A stretch of 64,000 nt of DNA from Chiloscyllium plagiosum (Eukaryota). The stretch's first letter is position 1; each line of letters starts with the position of its first letter. The stretch spans positions 12,318,924 through 12,382,923 of the forward strand of contig NC_057718.1 in the NCBI RefSeq assembly GCF_004010195.1, written 5' to 3'. A program made the translations under genes and the position numbers. Of the stretch, positions 50,970-63,725 are shown in pieces. Under the pieces are notes generated by a model that ran no database searches, was not told the DNA's origin, and saw only the letters and a program-made list of their open reading frames with translations.

Positions 50970-51132
50970 GTTTCTGAAGTCGGTGTTGCAATACACAGAA
51001 AATATGGTGACATACACAAGCCCAGACAAAAACAAGTGGAATGAGAGCTGGGACCTGTCCGAGAAAATGTTACTGAAAGTTAAAAAGTTTTACAACAAAT
51101 GGTATAATATAACTGTAGACTGTGCAACTTGA
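50970..51132 (+). CDS. ERMARD: ERMARD last coding exon
   Basis: [26 protein letters not shown]...CAT*. Total spliced CDS is 2025 nt (674 aa plus stop). Confidence 0.94.
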
Positions 51133-51229
51133 ATACAGTGGGACTATTTGGTTATAATCTAGAATGGCTCTAGTGGGAAATTATATTTCATATCTAAAAA
51201 GAGCAAATGTGAACAGAAAAAATATACAG

Positions 51230-51960
51230 TAACTTACACTTATTTCCAGTGACAAAAACTAAAGGTAAGAGCAGAACAAATTTATCGTAAGCTGACATCA
51301 CAGCATTACTTGCAGAATTGAAAAAGGCCCTACAAAATATCATTGATTGGATAAAACCAAAAAGTTTTGAAAGATGATTTAGTGTGAGCAACAAAAGCAG
51401 AAGCAATGGTAGAAGGAATCCATTAGAAGAAACTGGTGTGAAGGTTAAAATAGATGGTGTCACAATCGAAAATGCATAGGTTTCTCTGTTTAGGCAAATG
51501 ATCACAGAAGATGGCAGATGTGATACAGAAGTTAGAAGGATGGTGATATCTTCAGAATGAATTATGGCTGAGGGATAAGTTAATAAGAATTTTTTATCCA
51601 GATCAAAGGATAAAAATGTGATGCTACATTTTATCCATTTTTACCATTACACCTCAGAAACGTGGACAAAACTTTGAGATCAGTGAAACACAATGGAGAC
51701 CTTTGAAATACGGATGCTAAAATATATGTATATAAATATGTAAACAAACCGTAATACTCAGAGGTTCTTGAAAATGCAGCAGCAAAGAAGAGCTCTTAAA
51801 AGTAATATCTGGGAAAGAAAATGTCAGCATCACAGCCATGTGATCAGAACAGAAAAACTGAAGCAATCTCTTCTTGAGGGTAGAAGAGAGTAGAAAGAGG
51901 AGTTGACCTCAGTGTAGTTGGATATCAGAGTGGTTGCCAGTGAGCTCTACTGAATGTGTG
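51230..51960 (+). mobile_element. RTE-clade LINE remnant just 3' of the ERMARD stop
   Basis: LGQMITEDGRCDTEVRR and HVIRTEKLKQSLLEG motifs. Confidence 0.65.
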
Positions 51961-54900
51961 AGGGTGGTGCAAGGCAGATAATTATTGCGGTCCTTGACAG
52001 CAGATGTCCTGGAAGGAGCAGCCACAAACAGCAGCTGCAACACACACTTGTAAGTTTTCTCTCCCTCTGCTAAAGACACTTGCTCGTAGCAATCCTTTCG
52101 GTGCAGGCATAATGTGTGTGACCCTTGAACAGGGATTATGTAATGTTTGATTGCGCTGCCTTCCATATCATTCTCAAACAGTCTGCTCTTGTACGCTGGA
52201 CTGTGATCCTCTTCCTAACCTGGGGACCCTAGTGTCAGTAAGAAAGATAGCACTACTGACAGTTGAGGGTACCTGTTCAAAAATGTATCAGAAATTTGAT
52301 CCAAAACCTCCTGGTCTTCATGTTTTTAGTGCTAGATTGGATGACGCCAGCTCATCTAGGGAGCCATTGCTGTCATTATTGTTCACACCACAAACGTTTT
52401 TTTAGTAACCCTTCCTTCTCACCACTCCAGCCGAGTGAGCAGTCTGCCACCTCTGGAACTGAGAAACAAGAAAGCAGGAAACATGGCAGTAGCTATGATA
52501 GTGTAACACTCAAAGCCTCAAACTCGAGGAAGCTGAGATACAAAGAAATTCTAATATGTCTCATTTGCTGGTAAATGCTGACCAGTGAAAACCTGGAGCA
52601 AAAGAATTTAAAGCAACTTGGAGACCAATCATGGGGATTATGCTGGGAAATCAAAATCATTTTTGCAATGCCAGAAAGAGGAGATTTCTCAGCAATAGCC
52701 TTTGAGGGCTGTGAGCATCTCTGAACTTCCTCAAAGAGGACCTATTGAGATGAACAATCAGATTGCATAGCCTCACATAATTGCAGGAACTTTGCTGTTA
52801 CCCACTGTAATCAAAGTGGTTGAAAATGTTTTTGGGAGGAACAAACAAAGGCTTTCTGCTGTGAATCTCTCAAACAGTCCCATGAAGTGGAGAATTAAGA
52901 TAGTAGCAGCTGATTAAAGACTCAGCTCCTGGAATCCACACCCACATTTGCTATTCAGGTTGATGTAAGGGGTTTGATAGCCACTCATTGGCTTTTGTTT
53001 GACTTTCTTGAAGACATTGATTCAGTTTGACTCCCACATCTTGAACATGAACATGCACAGAGAATATTCTACATGGCTACATGGAAGAAATAAATATTCC
53101 CTATGACTGTCTAGTTGAATTCTGTATGATGGGGCTTCAGTTCAGCAAGCCAGGCCTGTGTGCTTTGTTGCAGAGAATTGCTCTGTCTGCTATTTGGATT
53201 CTGCCGGATTCACAGGGAGCAACTGGCTCGGATTTAGGTGATGTGTCATGCCAGGTCACCTCAGTTGTGAGCTGCATTAACCTTGCCCTCTTTAGCAAAT
53301 CTGTTTGCAAAGCTGTGTGCAGACGTGGAGTCTAATCATGTGTTGTTTCATAGAGGTTAACTGTCAGTCAAGAGGAAGGCTACTGCAGAGATCTTTGGAT
53401 TTTGTACTTGATGAATCATTCATGGAAGTGGGTGTCCTGACTGACCCAGCATTTATTGCCCAGCCCCAGCTGCCCTTGAGAAGGTGGTAGTGAACTGCCT
53501 CCTTGAACCAATGCAGCCTTTTTTGTGTAGGTCGACCCACAATACCATTAGAGATGCAGTTTTAGGTTTTAACATAGTAACACTGAAGAAATGGTAATAT
53601 ATTTCCAAGCCACAATGATAAATGGTTTGGAGGGAAACTTCCATGTGATGGTGTTCCCTTGTATCTCGTCCTTCTAGATGTTTGTGTTCTTTGGTTTAAA
53701 GGACGAACAGAAATCTACTGTTTACAATTTCAATTGCCAGGCAAGAACAAGACTTTAACAGACTTGCACAATAATGCATGCCTTTGTCTCATTAGGATCA
53801 GACAAGTGTCCTTTTAAGTTTAATTACAATTGCAACTGTAATAATGTTGCTGTTTTTTACTCTTGACACTTTGGTGTGCCAACAATTTTGTTTCATTTGA
53901 ACACATCCTAAAACAGTGAAGGTTCTTATGCTGCTAATTTGTTTTATTTGGATTCTTTGGCATAGTCCTGTTGGTTATTATGTACTGACACTGTTTCATT
54001 TTGGCACAACAATAAACAAACGTGTGTATTACCCTGACATTTTGCTTGGCTTATTTTGACAGCTGCTTACAATGAATTACCCCTCCTCTCTGCACCCATC
54101 ACCACCATCAACCCTGCCAACTGACACCCTTTCGCCTTACCCACACCCCAACCAAAAAAGAAAGCAGGACTGTTAACTCTGACTTGGGTTTCTGACAATT
54201 TTCAATCCTCAATTGGAGTTGCAGGAAAATGCCCAGAATGCAGTGCTTTATAACGAAGGGAAAGACATTGATGATCTAGATGATACAGCATGCTATTTAC
54301 TTGATGGCTGATTTGCAATGCAGAGTGACATCAACAGTGTGGATGCAATTCACTCACCAACAGAGTAACAGCTGTACTTTTGCAAAGGCTTCTTGATGCT
54401 GTATTCAATTAAAAGTGGCCTTTGTATCAAGGGCAGTCACTATCACCTCCATTATGGAGTTCAGGTCTTTTGTCGATGATTGAACCAAGGCTGTAATGAG
54501 ACTTGGAGCCAAGTGGCCTTGGCAGCATCCAATCGGGTTATTTGTAAATCAGTGCTGCTCCTTCCAGCAATTTACTGCTGATCTAGAGTAGACAAATTGG
54601 GGGGGATTATTGTTAGATTAGATTTGACCTGCTTTGTGTGTTCAGGAAATATCTGGGCAATTGTCTGTATTGCTGTACAGATACCTTTGTTGTAGCTATA
54701 CTGGAAGAGCTTGGTAAGGGTAGTGCAAATTCTAGAGCACATGTCTCCAGTACTACTCCAGGCATATTATTAGGGCCCACAACTTTTGCAGTATCCTTTG
54801 CCTTCAGTCAATGATTGATATCACATGGAGTGAATTGAATTTGACTGAAAACAGGCATCTGTGATGCTGGGGGCCTCTGGAGGAGGCTACAATAGATCTT

Positions 54901-57900
54901 GACTCAACACTTCAGGCTGAATATTGTTGCAAGTGCTTCAACGTTATCTTTTTGCAGTGATGCGCTGGTCTCCTCCAGCATTGATGATACCATGTTTGTG
55001 GAGCTGCCACCTCCAGTAAGTCATTTATTTATCCACCACCATTGCTGACTGGATTTGGCAGGACTGCAGAGCTTAGATCTGATCCATTAGTTATGAAATT
55101 ACTTAGCTTTGTCTGGCTAAGTAATCAGGTTAAAACAATACAAGCATGCAGAAGTAACTTGGAAACAAAAAATGGACAAATTCAGAGGTAACAGGAAGGT
55201 GTTCAACAGAATATTTTGGGGAAAAAAAGAATAAAATTGAATTAAAATTAACAAAGTTAAACACCATATTTACAGACAGTCAAATGCATTTAAACTTCAT
55301 GAAAGTATTTAATTGGGTAGATTGGATAAGCAATTTTCTGGACCTAGTGCAGCTATTAACTCTTGCCTGTAGAGTTTTGAACTTTGGAAACATGAAGGAC
55401 AGTGTTGTATGTACCGAGGGCCTGTGATTGATCTCAGTGTGCTTTTCTTTTGATCTGAATATTTTGTGCCTGTGAGAGGCCAGGGTACCATACAGTGTAT
55501 TCGACCAAAGAATTGTTGTGTCCAATGTCTAGAAGATAATTCTCTCTACGAGCACATCAGCATAAATATAACGTATGTCAATATTGGCAGAAGTTTAGTT
55601 TCTTCAAAACAGGAGGAAGGGGGAAACCATGTTCTGAATCTGTGAAGTAATGAATAGTGTGTTAGGTGCAGTTAGGTCATGTTGCCTTGAAGTGGCAGTA
55701 TATACCAGCAAATGTTTCAACAGATGAAATCTGCCATCCCAATTATTGTGTATCTTGGGTCACGAGGTGGCAAAATTAGTCATTTAATGGAAAATGGAAG
55801 AATGTTGTTCACTTACTGGCATGTTCAAGAATCTCTTTCCCAAAAATTTTGTTGGGGGCTTGTTAATTGCAGAGAGAATGAGACATTCCTTTTTCTTTCA
55901 AAAGAGCAAGTTTGGCTGGTATTATTGTTAACAAATAGGAAATGAAAGCCGCAAAACTTTTGACTGGACTGGACCCAGGGCTATAATTACAAAGAGCATC
56001 TGCCAGTCAAATTACAAAGGATGCTATGAGCTAATATGGGCAGAATGTGTCTCAAGTATGTAAGGCTTGTTTGCTGTGGTTATTCTATCTGGATTTTACA
56101 ATTATGTAAAATAAAGCACTGTTAGTACATTGCATAGTTTACTATTTCTGACACAAGAATGCAGTCTAATCTTACCCTGGTCTCTGGCTTCTAGGAAAAC
56201 CATGACTGGACTCAAATGGGTTTTTGTTATGCTCTCTAGATTCTGAAATCGACCCTATTCCCCTCCATCTCCATTATCACTTCAACTGATAATCTATAAT
56301 TATGATAGAATATATAGTCCTTTTTGGCTTGTATGAAATTGTATGATTGTACTTCCATGAAATGTATTGGGATGTTGCATAAAGGATCCTATATCAATGC
56401 ATGTTGTCACATTAAAGTTAAAAGAATAGAATGCTGACATAACTCTCAGTTTAATGATAGGACTCATCTATGTTATCTATGAAAGATTTGATACAGTATG
56501 AAATTTTGGTTCCCTATTGTGGGGCATTATTGATGAGGCATTACTGAATTTGTAATCACTTGTAAACAAGTGTGATTAGGAATGATTTACGTGAGTGTGT
56601 GGCTATAAGAGACCATTACATTTTTTTGTTAGGAGAAATATTGGATAAGCAATGAAACAGTAAGTGGCAGGTTGATTGTAATGGGGAAACTCCATGTGCA
56701 GTGGTAAAGGTCAATAGTGAGGGTGAGACAGCCCTGGAATAAAAAGGGTGAAGTGATGAAAAATGGCCAAACATGAAGGGGTTAGTGACAGTTTGAAGGG
56801 GGTAGTGAGGGAATAATTCCTTGCACACATGCAGCTGTGATGGCAACACATTCCCAGCATTGTATGTTAGTAACGGTGATATTTTGTCTATTAATTTTGT
56901 AAAAAAATGAAGTTTGTTTAAACACTTGTGGTTTACACAAATTAATAGACTAGCCTTATTGGTTTCTGCATCGACTGAACCTCTGCCAGAATTGTTCTTT
57001 GTTTTTCTTCCGTTGGGCTAATTGGGGTAGGGTAGGTTGTGCTTTTGATAAAGCACCTCCAATTTATTTTAAAGATGTTTTATTTCCCTCTGTTTTTCCA
57101 CTGATTCATTCTGTCTGCCTTGATCAAACCATTTCATCACACATCATATTTGCACCATCATGCCACTCTGTGAAATGACACATCACAGTCTGGTCCAAAT
57201 CACAAACCCCAGCAGTTCTATAAAAGAAAGGTCCAAATCAATTCCTAAAATTCAAATTCACTGAGACTGATGAATTACAAGGTGTAGACCTCTCTTTATC
57301 TAGATCAATTGACTGGTTCAATACTGAGTCTGGAGTATAAGAAGTCTATGATGAGGTATCAGATGGTGTATGGCTGGTGTTATGGATGCTTCAGTTGGCT
57401 ATTGTTTCGGAGGAACAAATCCTCAAAAGCTTTCCTGCTGCTGCTTAATGCTATCTGGTAACCTCTTCTGTGGTGTGTGTTAACTGTTGTCCATACTTGG
57501 CTATAAGTTGCACATTTTTCCACCTTGGCAATTCCAGGGTTGAGTTCTGCTCCGTTCTGAGACAGCTAATCTCATTCCACTTTGATTTCTTCATGATTGA
57601 CTTTCAAGCTTCTTAAATAAACTTTCCATCTTTCAGGTGGTAAAGTCCATTTTAACAGTTGTAAAGAAATGGAGCAGAGTTCTCTCCAGTGTTTTTTATC
57701 GCTCAATCAACATCAGAAAATTAAAATGTCTGATCATTATCACATTGGTGTTTTTGACAGCTGAAAGGAGAAAGATTTTAAAGGGACCTGAGGAGCAATT
57801 TTTTTTCCACACACAGGGTCGTTCGTATCTGAAATGAACTGCCAGAGGAAGTGGTAGATGCAAGTACAGTTACAACATTTCAAAGACATTTGGACAGGTG

Positions 57901-59609
57901 CATGAATAGGAAAGGTTTAAAGCGATATTGACCAAATACAGGCAAGTGGGACTAGTTAAGTTTGGGAAACTTGGTTGGCGTGGACGAGTTGGACCAAAGG
58001 GTCTGTTCTGTGCTGAATGACTCATCTAATCCTGTCAGTGCATGTACCATGTGCTATTTGCTTGCCTGTACTTTAGCCCATGAGCCACCATTACATTTTT
58101 TTCCCCTCAATTATTGGCTAGATTATTTCATGAACTCTAGATGAAATATTGCCAGTGCAACAAACAAAATTGCTCTTCTGGAGAGCTGACTCAGACCCAA
58201 TATGTGGGATGGCCTGTTTTTGTCCTACAACCTGTCTATAATTGTTCTTTATAAATTATATCTCTTGTGCTGTATGTTTGAACTCAAAGCACCACAACCT
58301 ATACCTGTCGTAAAGTAGAGTGAAATGGATCACTGACACTATTCCAAAGCAGTAACACCCTCCTGATGGTTTGATGTCATTATAAGCCATTAATTTCCCA
58401 CTCGCTAAAATCACAGCCCTGAAACCACGTCAGAATATGGGCATCTCACTGCCCATTTAATATTGTATTGGTTATTTTAAGAAAAGTCAGGCATGTCAAA
58501 ACAAACTGAGTTCCTTCAAAGCTTTTGACCTCTTGTGCCCTACATCTTCTAGCACCTTTCAGTCTCACTCCTATCTCTAGATCAGAAGGTTCAAATCTCA
58601 AAGATGTGAGCAGGCTGGCACTCCAATTTGTTGAGCCTCTTGGCAGCATTGCCCATAATATGCTCTATGCAGGATCATTAAACCAAAAGGTGCTTTCTTT
58701 CCTTGCATGTTTCATTGCTCAGGATGGCTGTTCAAGATCCTCGGGTATACCTTTTCAAGAAGAGCAGGTCTACTGGCTCAACAATCAGAACCTTTACCCT
58801 GTAAATATTTGTAAGGTGTTTCTCTCCATTCTGTCAGTGTTTCTATGCAGATTGGTTACCAGAGCCCCCAACTGCTTCATCTTCAAACTCGTGGATGTTC
58901 AGGCTTGTAAAATGTCTAAAATAGTTTGAACTTTCTCTTTGTTAAAGAATGTGCCCATACTTCAAGTACCTGTAATTCATAGGAGCAGAACTAGGCCATT
59001 AAGTCCATCAAACCTGCTGCACCATTCAGCTGGATCATGCATTATCATCTGTGTATCCCTATATGTCTTTGGTAAAGAAGTCCACCCTGAAATCTATATC
59101 TCATTTAGTAATAATTGAAAGTGATGCTTTCTTATTTATGTCACTTGTTTACTTTTGCAGCAATATTCTCTGCACCATTGGAGTGTACACATGCACACAT
59201 AATTCGGTCTTAGAGCTGTTTGTTTATCTGTGCTGGTTGCCGTGGTATCTATAGAGACTAATTCATCCAAAATTGATAATGCAGTGTAATGAAGCTTTAT
59301 AATTGTGATGTTTGCCAAGTGCTTGTCAAGAACTGATCACTGAGAAACAGCCGTGACCATTTCGTACACTGGGTAAACATTCACTATTTTATAATGCAGC
59401 TCATTGGATTTTGTAAATAATAGATTCAGTTCTCTAGAAAAAGTGCTGGCAACAGAACAGGCCCTCAGATAATGATTGCAGAAACTGGAGGAGTAGCTGT
59501 ATATTAAATTTGTTTCCTCTGTTCCAGTTAAGTGTTAGTCAGACCTTAATACAGAGTCAGATGTTCAATGGGAAATAAGCTGAACTGCCATACTTTTGTA
59601 TCTGATTCA

Positions 59610-59820
59610 AATCAGCTCTGGCCTAACATGTAATACTTTCCTAAGATGCCAGATAATATATGGTTTCAAGCCCCACTCCAGAGACTTGTGGACAAAGTGT
59701 GAGGCTGAAACTCTGCAGCACCACCTCGGTACTGTACAATGTTGGAGATACCATCTTTCAGATAAGATGCTAAAACAAAGACCCATCTGTACTTTTAACT
59801 GGACATTAAAAAATCTTCTT
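59610..59820 (+). mobile_element. DeuSINE-like (SacSINE1/AmnSINE-type) fragment
   Basis: GTTGGAGATACCATCTTTCAGATAAGATGCTAAAAC resembles the Deu core domain as recalled. Confidence 0.55.
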
Positions 59821-60754
59821 CTAGTTGAGGGTCTGACATAGGCAATGTGCTGTGAAGTGCTTAATGTTATAGCAGATGAACCTGAATACAAAAGCTTCTC
59901 CAGGAGACCAAATGCTAACTTGAGGTGTACATGAGAGAGAACCTGAAGTCATTTTTTTTTCCTTTGAATGCAAAGTACTATAAACAAATGAAATGAAAGG
60001 AAACCTAAATAAGCAGGCAAAACACTTATTTTGTAGAGTGGTACAATATTCAACTCTTTGATGGATGGTCAAATTGGATTTGAAGCAATATTAAATGTGA
60101 ATTAGCTGCATTATCCAAAAAACTGCAGATGCTGGAATCCAGTTCTGATTTCTTGGGCTTTATTACAACAGCATTTGAATACAGGTGTACGTATGCCTTA
60201 AGCTGTTTATGTAGAGTCTTAGTGAAACCATATCTGGAGCACTGTAGATCCCTTGTATAAAGGCCAATTAACTCCCTGGAGAGAGAGGGCAACAAATGTT
60301 CACCAAACTAATTCCAGGGATGGAGAGCATGTTTTAGAAGGATAGATTAACTCGATGGGATTTTTATTCTCTAGAGATTAGAAGATTGACATAGAACTCA
60401 TTTAAATGTACAAAATATTTATAAAGTAGATGCAGAAAGGATGTCTGCTCTATCGTGGGGTGTGTAGTATAGGGGGTATCTAGAACCAGAAAACAGTCTC
60501 AAAATAGGAAACAGGCCAATTAGGGCTGAGGAGCAATTTCTTCACTCAGAAGATGGCTAATCTTTGGCATTCTTTGCCCCAGAGGACACTGGAGGCTCAA
60601 TCATGGAGTATGTCCAAAATGGTAATTGATTCCTAAATGCTAAAGATGCTATGGAATATGCAAGAAAACACAAAATAGAATATAATACCAGAAAATAGTA
60701 TTGAGCCCAAAGATTAAGCCTGATTTAATTGAAAGGTGGAGCAGACTCAAAGGT

Positions 60755-61600
60755 TTGTTCTTGTACGTTGGCAATCACTGAGATACTCAGTGAAGTACTG
60801 CACCTTCCTGCTGACAATTCTTCTTTAAAGTTCCCTTTTTGGTCTCCCTGATGTAGAGAGGAGATCAAATGTAAACTTAGAGAACAGTTCGCCGATCATC
60901 TCAGCTCAGCATGCAGGGCCAACCAGACCTCCCAGTCACCGCCCATTTTTAACTCCTCTTCCCACTCCCTTTCTGAGATCATCATCCTCAGCTTCTATTC
61001 CCACAACGAATCACATTGCAAATTGGAGGAACAACACTTCATCTGGCAGCCGATAGCCCAGAGGACTAAATATAGAGTTCTCAAATTTCAAATGACCTCC
61101 CTTCCCAGCCCCTCCCCATCCCTTCCACCTACTGGATTCATTCCTCCCATTCGCCAACCAAATCATATCCTCTGCGGTACATGTATGGAATGAGCTGCCA
61201 GAGGAAGTGGTGGAGGCTGGTAAAGTTGCAACGTTTAAAAGGCATTTGGATGGGTATATGAATAGGAATGGTTTGGAGGGATATGGACTGAGTGCTGGCA
61301 GGTGGGACTAGATTAGGTTGGGATATCTGGTCAGCATGGATGGGTTGGACCGAAGGGTCTGTTTCCATGCTGTACATCTCTATGACTCTATGACCTATCC
61401 CCAATTCACCACCCTGCCCTGCCACCCCCTTTATCTGCAGCTTCCCCTTCACCCACCCCAGTCCTGAAGAAGGGTTACACTCAAAACGTCAACTTCTCCA
61501 CCTCCTGATGCTGCCTGGTTTGCTGTGTTCTTTCAGCCTTCTGCCTAAAGCCCAAGAAATCCGAACTGGATTCCAGCATCTGCAGTTTTCTTGTCTCCAA
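60755..61600 (+). mobile_element. Old PLE 3' fragment interrupted by a HER1 3' end (about 61175-61392)
   Basis: Degraded GIY-YIG tail (CKLEEQHFI); pLTR AGTC-CTGAAGA...AAAACGTC-AACT at about 61460-61494. Confidence 0.75.
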
Positions 61601-61873
61601 ATTGGATACAGAGTTCACAAATGATTGTAACAGTCTACAGAGAGTGTGGGAGGGAAAGGTTGAGTCAAGTGGCTGCAAGCTAACACTGGATAGGATATGG
61701 GTATCAGTTTTGGAGGAGATAAATTTACAGGAGGGTAAATAGGGCATGGGAAACGTCAAGTTTACAATGGTATCAGCATGAATGAGCTTTTGATGGGCTG
61801 AGGCAGGGTCTGATCAGTTGGAGTTAGATGTAGGTGGGCTTTATGATCTGAAGCTCTACACAAATACAAGTAA

Positions 61874-62878
61874 GTCGGTCGGTTTGTAGTAGACTCCCAC
61901 AGCTACCTGGACTACACCTCCTCCCACCCTGCCCCCTGTAAAAACGCCATCCCATTCTCCCAATTCCTTCGTCTCCGCCGCATCTGCTCCCAGGAGGACC
62001 AGTTCAAAATACGTACAACACAGATGGCCACCTTCTTCAAGGACCGCAATTTCCCCCCCGACGTGGCCGACGGTGCCCTCCACCGCATCTCCTCCACTTC
62101 CCGCTCCTCCGCCCTTGAGCCCCGCCCCTCCAACCGCCACCAGGACAGAACCCCACTGGTCCTCACCTACCACCCCACCAATCTCCATGTACAGCACATC
62201 ATCCGCCGTCACTTCCGCCACCTCCAAACAGACCCCAGCACCAAGAATATATTTCCCTCCCCTCCCCTATCAGCTTTCCGTAGAGACCACTCCCTCCGCG
62301 ACTCCCTTGTCAGATCCACACCCCCCACCGACCCAACCACCACTCCCGGCACCTTCCCTTGCAACCGCAGGAGGTGCAACACTTGCGCCCACACCTCCCC
62401 CCTCACTTCTCTCCAAGGCCCCAAGGGAAACTTCCATATCCGCCACAGATTCACCTGCACCTCCACCCACATCATCTACTGCATCCGCTGCAGCCGGTGT
62501 GGCCTCCTCTATATTGGGGAGACAGGCCGCCTACTTGCGGAGCGATTCAGAGAGCACCTCTGGGCCACCCGGACGAACCAACCCAACCAACCTGTGGCAC
62601 AGCATTTCAACTCCCCCTCCCACTCCACCGAGGATATGCAGGTCATTGGACTCATCCACCGCCAAACCACAACAACCCGACGGTCGGAGGAGGAGCGTCT
62701 TATCTTCCGACTGGGAACACTCCAACCGCAGGGGATGAACTTGGACCTCACCAGTTTCTTCATCCCCCCTCCCCCCACCTTGTCTCTCCTGTTCCCTGGA
62801 TGCTGCCTGACCTGCTGCGCTTTTCCAGCAACACATTTTCAGCTCTGATCTCCAGCATCTGCAGACCTCACTTTCTCC
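61874..62878 (+). mobile_element. Young 5'-truncated PLE with an open RT-thumb/GIY-YIG frame
   Basis: Uninterrupted frame from 61892: DSHSYLDY...HIIYCIRCSRCGLLYIGETGRLLAERFREHL...LIFRLGTLQPQGMN; pLTR end at 62878. Confidence 0.92.
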
Positions 62879-63599
62879 ACATGGAAATAGATACCATGTC
62901 TTTGGATCATTTGGCCGAAAGCAGCATGTAGTTGACCGGGAGTGAGCCAAGAAACGATGCTTGAAGGAATATCGTACTTACCAGGAAGAGGTGAAAAACC
63001 ATTGCTGTAGATGCTTTGAATATGATCGAATAGGGGTGAACCAAGCACTGAGGTGGACCACAGAGAGAAGAGATTGTAGGATGTTGTCTCTGACCGTATC
63101 AAAAGCTTCAGAATTGTTCAAAGGGACAAGAAGGAATAAGTGAATGTCATTGTAGTGATGAGAATGTCACTTGTGACCATAGTTAAAGCCAGTTCAGTCC
63201 TGTGGCAGAACCTGACTGGACAGATTCAAATGTAGAATTGCAAGAAAGATGGACATGGATTTGGAAGATGCTAGTGTGTTCAAGAATTCTGGAAAGGAAA
63301 AAAATGTTGGAGATGTGAGTAATAGTCTGCAAAGCAGCGAGAAAGGAGGTAAACGTGCATTGTTCACAGTTGACTGCAATTATTCCAAATGGCAGCAGAG
63401 AAGGATGCTTTAATTGTAGCTTGTCCACTCCTTACATTTCTTTTTCTTACCTGTTTTTCATCTTTTGTGTATTTTTTGTTCTTTTTTCTTTCCTCTCTGC
63501 TCTGGACTGCATGCCTTAGCTCGACCTCAGATTCCTGGCCTTGGATACCCGGCCTCAGCACAGACCCAGGGAAGTGTTCTCTTGACGTGACATAGTGGT

Positions 63600-63725
63600 C
63601 TCCTGATGAAGGGCTTTTGCCCGAAACATTGATTTACTGTTCCTCAGATGCTGCCTGACCTGCTGTGCTTTCCCAGCACCACACTTTTGACTTTAATCTC
63701 CAGCATCTGTAGCCCTCACTTCGCC
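63600..63725 (+). mobile_element. Solo PLE pLTR with hammerhead motif
   Basis: CTGATGA-A-GGGC-TTTT-GCCC-GAAACATT; cleavage region mutated. Confidence 0.75.

Noticed and set aside
51960..61800. Additional protein-coding gene downstream of ERMARD
   Set aside because: Only short ORFs without recognisable homology or a consistent exon chain, mixed with decayed repeats.
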